Below, one piece after another: positions 1 through 13,400 of a stretch of DNA of 64,000 nucleotides (positions are counted from its first letter, which is position 1; each line of letters opens with the position of its first letter). The position numbers were made by a program, and so were the translations under genes. Source of the stretch: Octopus sinensis. Lineage: Eukaryota. A model generated the notes under the pieces. The model made no database searches, was not told the origin of the DNA, and saw only the letters and a program-made list of their open reading frames with translations. Location: positions 22,444,001 to 22,508,000 of the forward strand of contig NC_043016.1 in assembly GCF_006345805.1 (NCBI RefSeq). The letters are read 5' to 3'.

Positions 1-354
1 ATTATCGGATTTTGTTAGGGCTCGATATGGCAAAGATGTGAATGGGAAAAATGTGGGTAGAGGGTGATGTGCTAGAAACCCTCTCCCTTTACTGTTTTTC
101 AAAGTAAACAACAACACAAATAATTATGCTGAGGCAGCCATGGTCGAAACAAGAACAAGAACAAGCATTATTAAAAGAGAAAAGAAGCATGGTCATTCCT
201 TAACCAAGTGACCTTATCTTATCGCCTGACTGGGTGAAAATGATACGGAATTTTATCAGTGAACAGGTCGCGGTCTCAAAGCGATGAAAATATTTTAACA
301 AATTAAATTTAAACGTTGAAGTGAAGCTAACGGTTTTTGTGTGTTTTTAAATAC

Positions 355-448
355 CTTCCACGTAGCAATTGTTTTTGTTTCAGCACACGATCTCAGATCA
401 GGTCACTTGCTATGCAAGTACATCTCAGTAATTTTTAAAAACATATTT
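355..448 (-). other. Candidate non-coding exon (94 nt)
   Basis: Minus strand: long poly-T tract then CAG acceptor (plus CTG 449-451), donor AAG|GTATTT at 354. All three frames contain stops. CCAAT-like and CACGTG motifs upstream at ~725-775. Confidence 0.3.
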
Positions 449-1354
449 CTGAAAAAAAAAAAAAAAAAAAAGAATTCCAGCAATTCTGTTTGGGCAAAAT
501 GTATTATTGTACCAGCGTCGGAGTAACCTGTGAACATCGAAGGATCAAAACCAAGAAGGAAGTAATGTTATTTACATATATTTATTCGTTTGCCCGACAA
601 GTAGTACTTGCAGTGAAAGCGAAATTTGTTTTAATACTGACAAAAAGATTGCTGTCTGCCAGTAGAGAAGGAAAGAGTAAGGAATGCACAGTGTTGACTA
701 GAAAGGATAAAGCTGGCTCTGCTCTGATTGGTTGTATGTAAATGAGTTCATTACTGGGGTCCGGAACTCACGTGGGAAAAAAATTTCGCCACCTGGCCAC
801 CAAAACAAAAAGAAAAGTGTCATAGGTGTAAAAAAAAACGTGCATTAAACGAATAAAGAACAAAAATTTGCGCCAACGAACCGATTATAAAGAAATTTGC
901 GGGAAAATTTTTTTCTGAGGAGTTGGGGAGAGGACTTTCGAAGAGAGTGAAATTCATGAATTATTTTGTTTGAGTGTAATGGAAAAAAATTTGAAAATAG
1001 AATTTTTAGATTCATTTATTTTTCGTTTGAGTAATAGAAAAAGGTTTTAAAAAAGATCCCAAGTGTCATGGTGAGAGAAACAAATTCATAAATACGGTGT
1101 TGAATATGGTTTCATTATGGAAAAGTAAGGGTGATTTAGCTGTTAGTTTTAGCACATCTCACGACCATCTGATACCTTCTTTGTTTGTTTAACATTTTCA
1201 GTTAATTACTACAAGTTCTGTCGGTCACCAATAAGTAAATTAACAAGCCTAATGGGGGTGAGAAGAAACTCCTCGACCCTTCGGAATCCCCCCCCCCGGA
1301 ACAAATTTCCCCCATAAGTTTCTTTATAAACGGTTCGTTGGCGCAAATTACATC

Positions 1355-2389
1355 TGTAGCGATATTGATATCCTCACTCTTTGAGAGACACAATAAAAAT
1401 GATCTCGTTTGAGATTACAACCATCTTTGGCTAGTTTGACCCTGTTGTGTCCACTGCTCTGATTGGTTGGCATTTGGCATGGTTTATCTCTCTATTTATT
1501 TCGCGCCAGTGTGTTGAGCCAACCAATCACTGCCTTCGGATAGGGCCTGCTTCAGATGCCCTTCTTTGAGCCATTTTAACCCCTTAACTAAGCTAGCATT
1601 TTCACTATTCTCCGTCTTTCGACTTTAGACCTTCTAAGGTCTAGTCACTGGCTACAGAGCTACTCAGCCTTGTCCCAGTTCCAGCGACAGACGACCAGCC
1701 TGCCAGCCATGCTACTGCTCTAGCTACGAAGACGCTATTATACACCAGCGACCGCCGTCATCACCATCGTCGCACTTCAACTTTACGTCGTCTCCACCAT
1801 CGTCAACTTCAACACGTCCACATCATGAGCGCTCAGGTCTTAACTCACGCTGTTTGTGAATATTCACCCTGGTAAAACAGTTGCAGTCGATCTGAAAGAA
1901 CTACTATATCAAGAGACTCGGCACGGCATGATAGCCCCAACTTCTACACGTGTAGTTACCGGCTCTGCACGTGACTCACAACATCTTGTTATAGAAATTA
2001 CTATTGTGTACCTCATGGACTGGTAAACAAATTCCATCTTGACTCAATAAGCTAAGAACTTATCTTATGCTCTGTATTCTGTATTCCTGTTATACACATT
2101 CACCTTATTTGTATCTGTCGTACACACGAACACACAGACACAAATACTATGCACACGCATTATACGCAACACTTCACTAGCACTCACTACACTTTCACTT
2201 TGTACACATTGTAAATAAAGTCTTCTTCTCTCTCAAACAGTAGAATGGCTTGTCGTCCTTCATTCATTCCTTTTGGCACTGTATTTTATATCATGTATTT
2301 GGCTTCTTATTTTGTTAGGCACGACCGTGCGGCGTTGAAAAGGAGATATTTTGTCGCCAACTCCTTACGTACGGTCGTTTAACCCTACA
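1355..2389 (+). mobile_element. Solo LTR (Gypsy-type) with 4-bp TSD
   Basis: TGTAG...CTACA termini; CATC directly repeated at 1351-1354 and 2390-2393; AATAAA near 2214; homologous to reverse complement of 32551-33496. Confidence 0.85.
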
Positions 2390-3027
2390 CATCTATTACA
2401 CTTTTTTTTGTCTGTTTTGGTGGTCGGGTGTTAAAGTAAACATTAACCAAGGCATCTAATGTGTCAAGTTAAAACGTGATAGATTAAGTCTGTAAACTTA
2501 CTTTGGATCTGTTGTGTTGCTGTCACAGTTTTCGAAATTTTATAATTACGTGATCACTTTCAAATTTGGTATGTTGATGTAATTTTTCATACTGACAATT
2601 TTTTATCAAATAAAATGAAAGCAAAACATTACATATACTATTGAAGTTATAGCTTCGTGAACAAGTAATACATTTTTGTAGCGAAAATTCCAAAACGAAA
2701 GTTTGGATATACTCTTGGAGTTTCTCAAACAAATTGTAATTTTCGCATCTCCTGCGCCACATAAACTCACAGAGATGCAAATCAGCTATACAACGGTGAG
2801 TCTCATAGCGTTTGTAAAAATTAACACTTCCTTCTCCAAGCCTAGATTCGAAACACATTCCTTTTGCATGTATTCACCTGATACACACACATAACCACTA
2901 CACGTTGTTTATTCCCTCGTTTTACACAGGCGCATGTGCTGTTTTGCACTTGTTGAGTGTGGGCAGCATCTTTCAAGTTAATAAACTCAACACTGTGTTT
3001 TACTGTTCTATATCGAAAATTATAATC

Positions 3028-3069
3028 ACTAGCTGAATCACCGTCCTCTATGCGGTCGATTCAGCTAGT
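3028..3069. repeat. Palindromic Helitron-like 3' terminus
   Basis: ACTAGCTGAATC / GATTCAGCTAGT perfect 12-bp arms around an imperfect ACCG/CGGT hairpin; CTAG at both ends; lies just downstream of the minus-strand Helitron fragment. Confidence 0.6.
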
Positions 3070-3209
3070 ACGTTTCTAAGTAAAAAGTGAAACTTTTCTT
3101 AAAGAATTTCCTTCTAGACGACGTTGTCAGTGTAGATTCCTTTCATACCCTTATACCCTAAGTCCAAAGCCAATATATGCATTGTTCCCAGAACCAAAGC
3201 CAATATATG

Positions 3210-4441
3210 CTAATTGTTTCCGGAAGTCAACAGAGCTTCCGTTATCTCAGTCCACACTGGGTTGGTCGTCATAGTGATGAAGTAGTCTGGCTTTCCAAAC
3301 TCTCTCACCAGAGCCATTCCAGCTTGGTAGCACTCCTTGTAAGACCGAGGAGAACCAGTATGTGATGGCAGAAGAATGATTTTAGACTCTTCGTCATTCA
3401 TGAGACCGTTTGCAATAGCATCCAGAAGGCCCTGGTACTTTTTGACCTTAAGTTCTCAGGATGTGTAATCGATCTTGCTCTGTCTTTGCATATTGATCTA
3501 CTGCATACTGTTGCATCAGACGTCTACTTTTCCTTATGTCATTGAACTCGTCCTTTCTTACTTGAAGCCAATAAAAATAAAAGTCACATTCAGTGATACT
3601 TTTGCTTCGGTCATTGTCTTTCAAGAGCACATTGCAGCCATCTCCATAGTGAAACAGAAGTACATAAGGAAGAGGGTCATAGCTTCTGTGGATCTGACTA
3701 ATGTAGTCTAACTGCCATTGCTCTCTCTGTACTGCACAACAACATCAACAGGTTTAAATTTTGGATTATTGGTATCATCTCCCACCATGATCACAGCAAC
3801 TTCTGATGCAGTCGGTGGATTATAGGTTCTCTCATGTGACCCAGCAGGAATAAGCTGTTTGTCATGACTTATAATAACATCACCAGTAGAACATTTTCCT
3901 GGTGCAGAGTTTTCCTTAATTACATCAATAGCCTATTTAAAACTTTTGACATATGGATTGTGCATATGCAGTGCTCTCTGCAGGTCTAGCAAGACGTTCT
4001 CATTAAGGTCATTGTCAGCTCCTCTGAGTGACAATCTGCTTCTCATCTCATTTACAGTGTCAATGAAATATAGCTGTGCATAGACTGGCTTCCTATTTAC
4101 TGCTGGTAGGAGACTTCCTATGCGGTGGTACACTTTCCTTGAATCTTGAAAGGAGGCGCGAAAGTGCTATCACCCGCGGCTCCAACTGGTGGATTATCCA
4201 GTCCAAGTGAAGCCATAGCCAGTAAATTATTGTAGCCACGAATTTTGTTCAGAAACATTTGACCGCACAGATTAACATCATAGTACTTAGCTATTAATTT
4301 CGGGAACTTTTTTTTTACCTGTGGAACTTTGTCATTGCTAATTTTTCTTTTGCTACAACAGAGGGCAGTTTTCTCAGTACCCCAAAGATAAGCTTTGTAG
4401 TCAGGGCATGTTCTGTTAAAAATGTGTCTACAGTAGTGCAA
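3210..4441 (-). pseudogene. Helitron RepHel N-terminal/Rep region, fragmented
   Basis: ORF pieces with FKIQG..YHRIGSLLP...YAQLYFIDT, RRLMQQYAVDQYAKTEQDRL, IILLPSHTGSPRSY...VREFGKPDYFITMTTNPVWTEI (Rep motif I). Several frameshifts. Confidence 0.9.
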
Positions 4442-4540
4442 TCTCAGACTTGGGTTTCATGAAAATCTGTCACATCAACGTCTATAACCATTCTCTCAGT
4501 ATCAGTTCTTTGCTAATGAAGGACAAATCTTCCACAAGGC

Positions 4541-5105
4541 ATGACCTACGATGCTTTGAGAACCGAAATACTACGCAGAAATTCCATATCAACAGAAAGC
4601 CGTTTCCGTGCGTTGTTACAGGATGAGAATCTGGGTGAAAGAACTCCTTCAGAATTTCTTAGGCGGATTAGAGAAGTTAGTGACGATACACCGGCGGAGA
4701 GTTTTTTAAAAATTATTTTTTTCTCGCTTACCAACTAATTTACAAACGATATTAGCGAACATGGTTGACGCCAACACCATAGATCAAATAGCTTCGTCCG
4801 CAGATAGAATAATGAAATTTTCTCACAGACCCACCGCGGTTGATTCGGTTATTGCTTCATCGTCTTCTTGACAGCAGCCTAATGATAAAAACGAAGACGC
4901 CACGTTGAAGGCTATCGACGGTTTAACGTGCCAAATAGCTCAATTCTGTCGTGTTAGTCGGTGTTCGCGAAGCCGCTCTTCTTTTTCTAAACGACGTAAC
5001 ACTTTTTCAACCGACAATTCTTCGGTGTGTTGGTACCATGCATGTTTTCACGACAAGGCACGTCGTTGTAACAAGTCTTGTGCTTTTAAAGTATCGGAAA
5101 ACTAA
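4541..5105 (+). pseudogene. gag: Gypsy gag remnant
   Basis: LGERTPSEFLRRIRE motif and C-terminal CWYHACFHDKARRC knuckle; homologous to gag at 34242-34952. Confidence 0.85.
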
Positions 5106-5149
5106 ACCTAGAGAGCCTGGGCACATCAGACCTCTCTCACAACTTTTCA

Positions 5150-7767
5150 GCTAATCGTGCTTTCTTTATTAGAGACCTAGTCTCAAACAGGTTGTTCATG
5201 GTCGATACAGGATCAAATTGCAGTATTTTGCCATTACGGTTCAACTCTAACAAGCCACAGTTATCCAATATTTCCTTATGAGCGGGGAACCAGTCTCCCG
5301 TCAAAACCTACGGTCAGGTTTCTTTAAACTCTAGACCTTGCCTTGCGCCGAGATTTTAAATGGATTTTTGTCATCGCTACCCTGCCGCAGCCTATCCGCG
5401 GGGAGGATTTCTTACACCACTATTCACTCCTGGTAGATGTCAGGAAACAGAGACTTGTGGATACTACCACAGCTTTATCTACGCCTGCAAGCGGATCTAC
5501 CGCTGCTATCCTTAGCCCATCATTTTTTGCAGCTGCTGCCAATAACCAGTTCCATACGTTGCTTACTCGTTTCCTGAGTTAACGGATCTCTCCTTTAAAC
5601 CTACCCAGACAATCCACTCGACTCAACATTTCATTATAACAACTGGCCCACCCGTTTTCTGTGGTCCACGCAGACAGACTCAAGAAAGCCAGACAGACTC
5701 AAGAAAGCCCGTGCTGAATTCGAGCGCATGCTCCAGCTTGGTCATATATGTCCTTCTACTAGTCCTTGGGCATCTCCGCCAGACTTAGCTCGGAAGGATG
5801 AAGCGGATTTCACCCTTCCGGAAGCGGATTTCAGACCCGTTGGTGATTACAGGAGACTTAATGCTATCACCACGCCCGATCGCTATCCCCTATCAAACTT
5901 AAGGGACTTTTCTTATGTACTCCATGGTTGCACTATATTTTCTAAAGGGGATCTGGTACGTGCGTACCGCCAAATCCCGATGAACTTGGAAGATATAGCA
6001 AAAACTGCTGTAACCACTCCATTTGGTTCCTTCGAATTCCTATCTATGCCTTTTGGTCTGAGAAATGCTGCCAGTACATTCCAGCGCTTCATCGACGAAA
6101 TTGTGCACGAATTGAGTTTTGTTTTTGCTTATGTAGATGACCTCCTAGTAGCAAGCGACACAGTTGAACATCATCATCATCTATCGGTACAACTTCATTG
6201 GAATTTTTTGGACATCTTACAGACGCAGAGGGACTTCGACCCCTTACATCTAAAGTGGATGCTATTCAGAAAATCGCACCCCATTACTTCATTGAGACAA
6301 CTACGTCATTTTTGGGGGCTAATAAACTTCTACAAGATTTTTATTCTGAACTGCGCAGACAAGTTGTTTCCCCTAACACAACTTTTGAAATCAACAAAGA
6401 AAGACGCGTCTATTTCCCTTTCGTTTGACACCTTGGAAGCTTTCGACTCCGTAAAGTCTGAATTAGCTAAAGTTTCCTTTCACGCGCATCCTACAGCAAA
6501 CGCGAAACTATTCCTAATGTAGACGTGTCCACGATCGCTGTCGGCGCTGTTCTAGAACATATAATCAACCAGCACACTCAACCACTTGCTTTTTTCTCAC
6601 ATCAATTCAAACCAGCAGAACAGCATTACAGTACCTTTGACAGAAAGCTTTTAGCAGTTTATCTTGCTGTGAGACACTTCCGCCATCTCCTAGAAGGTCG
6701 AGTGTTCAGTGTATTCACGGATCATAAACCTCTTACATTCGCTCTTCAGTCCAAGTCTGAAGGACGAATCCTTTGCAACATCTCTACCGGCTCACCTAGA
6801 TCGCTTGTTCCACATCGTCATCAGCGTACCGTTTTCGATGCTCTTCATTCCTTATCGCATCCCGGCATAGCCGTCACGGTAAAGCTCATTACAGCCCGTT
6901 TCTTCTGGCCTAACATGCGCCGTATAATTACCAGTTGGACACGTTCTTGCTTACAGTGTCAACGCACCAAGGTCCATCGACATGTTCGTGCTCCTCTCGG
7001 AAAATTCAGCCCACCGGACGCTCGTTTCCGTCATGTCCACATCGACATTGTTGGACCCTGGCCCGTTAGTCGCGGATTCACGTAATCCTAACTTGCATCG
7101 ATCGTTTCTCTCGATGGCCTGAAGCCATACCCCTGATTGACATAACAGTACAGCGTTCATTTCCAATTGGGTGGCACACTTTGGTGTTCCATCCAAAATA
7201 ACCACTGATAGAGGACGCCAGTTCGAAGCTTCGTTATTCCGTGAATTATCACGACTCTTGGGTGCTCATCGGATTCATACGACAAGTTAGCACCCAGCTT
7301 CCAATGGAATGATAGAACGATTCCACAGACAGTTAAAAGCTGCACTACGCGCTACTTTTGTCCCGCAACGTTGGACCGAATTCCTACCAATTGGTCTTCT
7401 TGGTTGCCGTTCCGCTGTTAAGACAGATTTAGGTTTCTTCTCAGCCAAACTGCTTTACGGCACGACCTTGACACTTCCCAGTCAAATGTTCACACCAGTT
7501 GATTCATCAGATTCTGATATGTCATCATACGTTAACAGACTTCGTTCTTATTTCTCCAATGTTCCACCAATGTCTCCATTTCTGCTGCTGTTCCATCAGA
7601 CATCGCTGAGTGGACACATGGTTTCATTCGGAACGATTCCGTTAAAGGACCTCTTACATCATATTCTGTATCTTATCGTGTACTGTCGCACCCCCCCCCC
7701 GCAAAAAAACTTCATAGTCGACGTTAATGGTCGAAAAGAAACAATATTCATCGGCAGGATAAAATGA
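5150..7767 (+). pseudogene. pol: Gypsy pol remnant (protease, RT, RNase H, integrase)
   Basis: FMVDTGS protease site; [22 protein letters not shown] (RT); YSTFDRKLLA, FTDHKPL (RNase H); HSLSH..CLQC, HIDIVGP, TDRG, IERFHRQLK (integrase). Frameshifts and an internal deletion near 6760. Confidence 0.92.
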
Positions 7768-8286
7768 GCTTACTCAGAAAATATCATTCCAGAACCTGAC
7801 ATACCACGTACATTCACTCCTACACCAACACCACCACGTGTACTGCAAACACAACATACCTTTAAACCTTACATCACATGAAGTGGCAGAACAGTACATT
7901 GGCCACAAACATTATCCAGAACTATGTACATTTAACTTTGTATTACAACATAAACTGTTTGTTATTTCTTTTACAAAGAACGTTATTCACAAACATTGTT
8001 CCTATGCATGTTTTCACATTGTATTTTCATGTTGTCATGTTTTACATTTAGTTTGATGTGCATAGCTGTGTAGCTAAACGTTACCGCGCCAAACTTTGCA
8101 ATTCTATTCAGTATCTATCATGATGCATGTATTGATTTTTCTGTTTTACTACTTGTTTTGCAAGCACATGTTTCTGCTATCTCGTTTTGCTTCGTATCTG
8201 CCCTTACACTACAACGATTATCGACTGCTCGTCTGAGTGGGGAGTTATGTAGTGACCTCTGGCGGCTACGACGGGAAGCAAAACGT

Positions 8287-8314
8287 TCCGGTAACTTTTG
8301 GGTACTCCCTTGTA
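8287..8314. repeat. Probable Tc1/mariner-like TIR remnant
   Basis: Reverse complement TACAAGGGAGTACCCAAAAGTTACCGG resembles mariner-type TIRs and ends at TA; no partner found. Confidence 0.4.
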
Positions 8315-8644
8315 TGTGCATGCAGTCCTTCTACATAAACTATATCGTAATAAGAGACGTGTTTCTCTGCCTGTCCGTCTGTCTGTTCGTCTATCACGCG
8401 CTGTTTTCACATCAAGATGACCTTCAAACTGTTTATATGGAGAAATAAGGGAAAAAAATAGAACAAAAAAACAGAGAATTCATCCAATTTAGTTATTGAA
8501 TTCACATATGCAACATTAGGGAAGATAACGTTTACGATTTATTTTTGGTCAATATAAATTTTTCCCTCGTGCGTCAAGGAAAAGAGAGAGAGAGAGAGAG
8601 CTATGAATATTTCACTTTCAATTACACTAAAAACAAATCTAAAA

Positions 8645-8831
8645 TATTATATTTCGGAATGGTCATTTTGCCAGTTTAGCCAATAAAAACACACGCACTA
8701 TATATTTGGTGTTACTTTGCTTCAGTGTTATTTATTTTTTACATTAATCTTAATCTTATTTCGGCCAGAGTTCTTTCGTCACACTCCTGTTATTGGCTAA
8801 ACTGGCAAAATGACCATTCCGAAATATAATA
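8645..8831. repeat. Inverted repeat, ~42-bp arms (MITE/foldback-like)
   Basis: TATTATATTTCGGAATGGTCATTTTGCCAGTTTAGCCAATAA (8645-8686) is reverse-complemented at 8790-8831. Confidence 0.85.
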
Positions 8832-8940
8832 ATATCTGTTTCAAAACACGACTTCACATAAAAAATCTTGCATAACAAATATATAAACGTACTAAATCTA
8901 CAATAGTAAAACGTTAAAACATTGTTTAGTATTGCCAGCC

Positions 8941-9020
8941 CACCGTATATACTCGTGTAAAAGTCGAATTTTTGAGACCACTTTTTAAGGTCAAATTTAT
9001 GGAGTCGACTATTACATGGA
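8941..9020. mobile_element. pogo/Tc2-like DNA transposon end
   Basis: CCGTATATACTCGTGTAAAAGTCGA resembles pogo/Tc2-family TIRs, with subterminal GTCGACTATTAC. Confidence 0.45.
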
Positions 9021-9306
9021 TACTACTTTTAAGGGACTGAAATTCAAGCTAGAATCCAAAGTACCGTATCAGCAGCAGAAGCCCAACTGATCTCAAAGCG
9101 AATAAAAACAAAAACACAATGAATTAAAGTAATATTACCAATTCTATGCATCAAAACACACGTCCTAGTAAATAACAAAACCTATAAACAAGACCACGTA
9201 GCTCTTATAAATATTTACACTTTCTCTTAAAAGAAAAAAGTTGCAGGATGTCATGTGCAGTTACCAGTAAATGTCCATAATATGGTGCAAAGCTGTTAAT
9301 CTGGGG

Positions 9307-9426
9307 CAGGGATTCCCAAAGTGTGTTCTGCAAAACCCTAGGATTCCTCAAAAGTTATCAGTGGTTCCACGTTTTTAAAAATAATCTCAAAGGATTCCGC
9401 GGTAAAAAAAAGTTTGGCAACCACTG
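9307..9426. mobile_element. hAT-Charlie-like MITE
   Basis: CAGGGATTCCCAAA...TTTGGCAACCACTG termini; flanks ATCTGGGG / ATCTAGCG resemble a degenerate 8-bp TSD. Confidence 0.65.
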
Positions 9427-9710
9427 ATCTAGCGATTAATCAAATGTTTTTAGGCTTACCGAAGTTATGCCTCTCGAATTCATATTGTATGACACATGTT
9501 TATTGTATTTGGAGATGAAGAAAGTACAGAGGTCGCACGGAAACCACTGATATAGCGTTTAATTGAATGTTTTTAGGCTAATCAAAGACATGCCTTTGTA
9601 CGAATTCAGGCAGTGGCGTTTGCCAGTGTTCACCAATAGTGCTGTCTGTGAAACATGTTTCTCACCACGTAAACAACGAATGTATGACACAATTGTGCTT
9701 GAAGATATAT

Positions 9711-10326
9711 GGACAAGACTTCCGCCCGTCCTCACCCACCAAAAAACCGGCCTTAAAAGAATGTTTTTCTACATAAACCCTCCTTTTCGGCTACAGGGAA
9801 TACGAATTTGCAAAAAATTTGGCAAAAATCGACATTTCTAAATTATCATCCCCACTCCCATTTCCTTCATTTTAAACTTTTTTTCACAATTTTTTTCCTT
9901 CAAAATATGCGGAAAAACACGGAGATTATGATTCTGAAAAAAATTTCCAAAAATCTTTGTAAATTTTTTTTAAGAATTTTTGTTTTCTAAATATGCGGAA
10001 AAATACGGACATCATGATTCGGACAAAAATTTCCAAATATTTCTGTACTTACGGTTACGGTTTTAGGGTTAGGGTTAGGGTTTTAGGGTTAGGATTAGGG
10101 TTTTAGGGTTAGTGTTAGGATTAGGGTTATGGTTTTAGGGTGTTGGGGAAAAAGTCAAAATTGAAGAAAGGGGAAGGGGGGATTTCACAATGCCGATTTT
10201 TGGCAATTTTCCGGAACCTCCGTATCCGAAAACGGGGATTTTAGGCAAAAAAAAAAAAAAAATTACAAAAATAAATAAATAAATTTGGGAGAAAATGGGA
10301 GGTGGGGACGGGTGGAAGTCTTTCCG
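9711..10326. mobile_element. Non-autonomous TIR element containing telomere-like repeats
   Basis: ~26-bp imperfect TIRs (GGACAAGACTTCCGCCCGTCCTCACC vs GGTGGGGACGGGTGGAAGTCTTTCC), ATAT on both flanks. Confidence 0.65.
10053..10140 (+). repeat. Degenerate (TTAGGG)n interstitial telomere-like tract
   Basis: About a dozen TTAGGG/TTAGGA/TTTTAGGG units. Confidence 0.9.
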
Positions 10327-10439
10327 ATATATGCAGGTTTGCAGCATATCATGTGCATACATTTTAGTAATAATGATGTAGCACCCATTAACAGATGTGT
10401 AGTGCTCGCAATTAGATTGTGTTTTACTATAAGCACTGT

Positions 10440-13400
10440 GGTAAGTGACCCAGGTCTCTGAGCCACAGCCCTATAGACACTAATCTTTGTTTTGTTCTTC
10501 AGGTTATTATTGTGCCAAACACGTTTGTACAATCTGCCAAAGGACCTATTTGCCTTAGAGAGTCTATTTTCAATTTCTTTGTTAATCCTTGCATCGAATG
10601 AGATGATGCAGCCCAGGTATGTAAACTGCTGAGTTGATTTCAGTTCGGTACCACAGATAGTGATGTAGGTTGGGCGGTATTCCTCTTGGTGAAGTACCTC
10701 CGTCTTCTTGAGGCTGACCTCCAGGCTAAAAAGCCGCGTGGCGTCTGCAAAGCAGGACGTGATGCGCTGCAGAGTTTGCTCTGTGTGGGCGACAAGGACA
10801 GCGTCGTCTGCGAAGAGAAGGTCTCTGATCAACCTCTCCTGGGTCTTGGTATGGTCTTGGAGGCGCGGTAGATTGAAGAGGCTGCCATCCAGACGATACC
10901 TAACATACACTCCATCCCCATCCTCCATATCTTCTGTTGCATGCTTGATCATCATGCTGAAGTAGATGCTGAAGAGAGTCGGTGCCAGGACACAACCCTG
11001 CTTCACGCCGTTGGAGACGGGGAAGGGCTCCGACAGGTCACCGTTGAGTCTGATCTGACCACGCTGATTCTCGTGCAACTGGATCACCATCTGTAGAAAC
11101 TTGGTGGGACAGCCAAGTCGTTCCAGGATGAGCCATAGTCCTGTCCTGCTCACTGTGTCAAATGCTTTTGTGAGGTCGACAAAAGTAGCATAGAGTCCCC
11201 TGTTTTGTTCTCGGCACTTCTCCTGAAGTTGGCGGAGGACGAACACCATATCCGCCGTGCCTCTGTTGGCTCTGAAGCTACACTGGCTCTCGGGGAGGTT
11301 TTCTTCAGCGATGGTTGGTATGAGCCTATTGAGCAGGATCCTGGCAAGTACTTTGCCGGCGATGGAGAGTAGGGTGATTCCCCGGTAGTCAGACTTTTCA
11401 CCCTTGTTCTTGTACAGGATTATGATGACAGCATCGCGAAGATCCTGTGGCAGCTTGCTTTGCTCCCAGCAGCAGACAAGAAAATCATGGAGCGTCGGAC
11501 CTCCATTCTAACAGATTTCTGGTGGGATGCCGTCAACTCCTGCTGCTTTGCGACTCTTGAGTTGTCCTCTGGCTTCAATCATTTCTTCGAGGGTGGGTGG
11601 TTCGTTGAGCTCCTCTTTGAGTGGAAGTTGAGGAATGCGATGGATGGCAGCGTCCTGTACGGTACGGTTAGCACTAAAGAGGCTTTGGAAGTGCTCGGCC
11701 CAGCGAGCGAGGCTGGAGGTGTTATCGGTGAGGAGGTCCTGACTATATGAACTGCGCAGGGGGTTCTGGACCAGGTGGGTGGGGGCCATACATGCTTTCA
11801 GAGCCTCATAGAAGCCTCTATAGTCGCCGAGGTCAGCGCACAGCTGGGTTGTCCACGCAAGGTGGTCCCACCACTCGTTCTGCATTTTCTGAGTTTTCGC
11901 TGTAGGGTGCTGCATGCGCGTCGAAAGGTAGTTTTCTTTACAGGACAGGCTGGTTGTGCGAAGTGGGCCTGATGAGCTGCCCTATTCCTTGTTAGTAATT
12001 CCTGGACCTCCTTGTCATTTTCATCGAACCAGTCCTTGTTTTTCTTCTTTGTGTGCCCGAGAACTTCCATAGATGTCTCTAAGGATGGCTGATTACAGGT
12101 TCTTCCACAAGGTGTCTGGGGTGGTGTCATCAGTGCAGGGGGATTCGTCTAGTCTTTGCTGCAGGTCTGCTTGGAACTTGATTTTCACTTCCTCCCGGCA
12201 CAAGCTGTCGACATTGAGTTTCTTTACGGGGTTACCTTTCTTCTTGGGTTTGGGTTTGAACTGCAGTTTGAGCTTGCAGCGGACAAGGCGATGGTCGGTG
12301 TGGCCATCCAAGTTGTTTTCAGATGGTCTTTCTGTTGGAAGATTGTGTTGGTAATAGCAAGTTGGTGCTCTGTGCAGAACTCGAGCAGGAGGTGCCCGTT
12401 GTCATTACAACCACCAGTGCCGTGTCTTCCAAGGACTCCTTTCTAAGCCTCAGAGTCCCTCCCAACTCTTGAGTTGAAGTCGCTAAGGATCAGGACCTTG
12501 TCGTTTGCAGGGGTGTTGTTCAAGAGTCTGCACAGATTAGAATAGAAGCTGTCTTTGTCCGCAGGATCAGCCAGTAGAGTTGGAGCATAAACACCGAAGA
12601 GCGTGAGATGTTGTTTGCTCTCCAGTGGTAAACGCATGGATATGATGCGGTCCTAGTGGACCGTGGGTAACGTTTCCAGTTTGGAGGTGATGAAATTCCT
12701 CACCATGAGTCCTACACCCGACACACGTTTTTTAGATGATGGTTTTCCGGACTAGAAGAGGGTGTAGCCAGCGCCGCGTTCTTTGAGGCTGCTCTCGTCG
12801 GCGAAGCGGACCTCGCTGATAGCTGCTATGTCAATGTTGAGACGGGAGAGTTCATGGGCTATGAGAGCCGAACGACGTTCTGGGCGGCTGCTGGCAGCCT
12901 TGTCAAGCATGGTCCTGACATTCCAGCCGGCAACTTTCAACTCCTGCTTACTTTTGTTCGGTTTTGTTTCCATGTTTGTTCGACTGCTCTGAAGATGCTC
13001 GTTGACTGCGGTATAGAGGAGACAAGCTTTGTTTAGGCGGACCTTTTCTAATGCCCCTCTCCATGTGGAGCAGGCAGTGCTCTCCCTAAATAGGGCTACC
13101 TGGTTGCTCAGGATGCTGCTGAGTGGTGTCGGACGCCTCCGGGTCAACAACCAGGCAACCAAAGTCTTGAGCCACCTACATGTAGGGTTGAGACTGCGGC
13201 TTCCAGTAACATCTTCCACTTGCCGCTTTCACCCCTTTCCCATCGCTGCAGGGCTTTTAGGATGGCTGGTCACAGAAAGTGGACATGTCCTTTGGCCTGC
13301 GCCAAGGAGTTTTAAGGTAAAGTGCGGTGCACGCAAACTGGCCCCACCCTTTAAGCACGAGGTTCATCTGCCATGGTCTAGCGAGCTGGGATGGTGACAG

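Larger units (their letters stand above)
4520..8290 (+). mobile_element. Ty3/Gypsy LTR retrotransposon, 5'-truncated and decayed
   Basis: gag-PR-RT-RNaseH-INT order, polypurine tract GAGTGGGGAG (8235-8244), then TGTAGTGAC start of a truncated 3' LTR at 8248. No 5' LTR seen. Confidence 0.93.

Noticed and set aside
10053-10140. True telomere or chromosome-fusion scar
   Set aside because: Short, degenerate, single orientation and internal to a TIR element.
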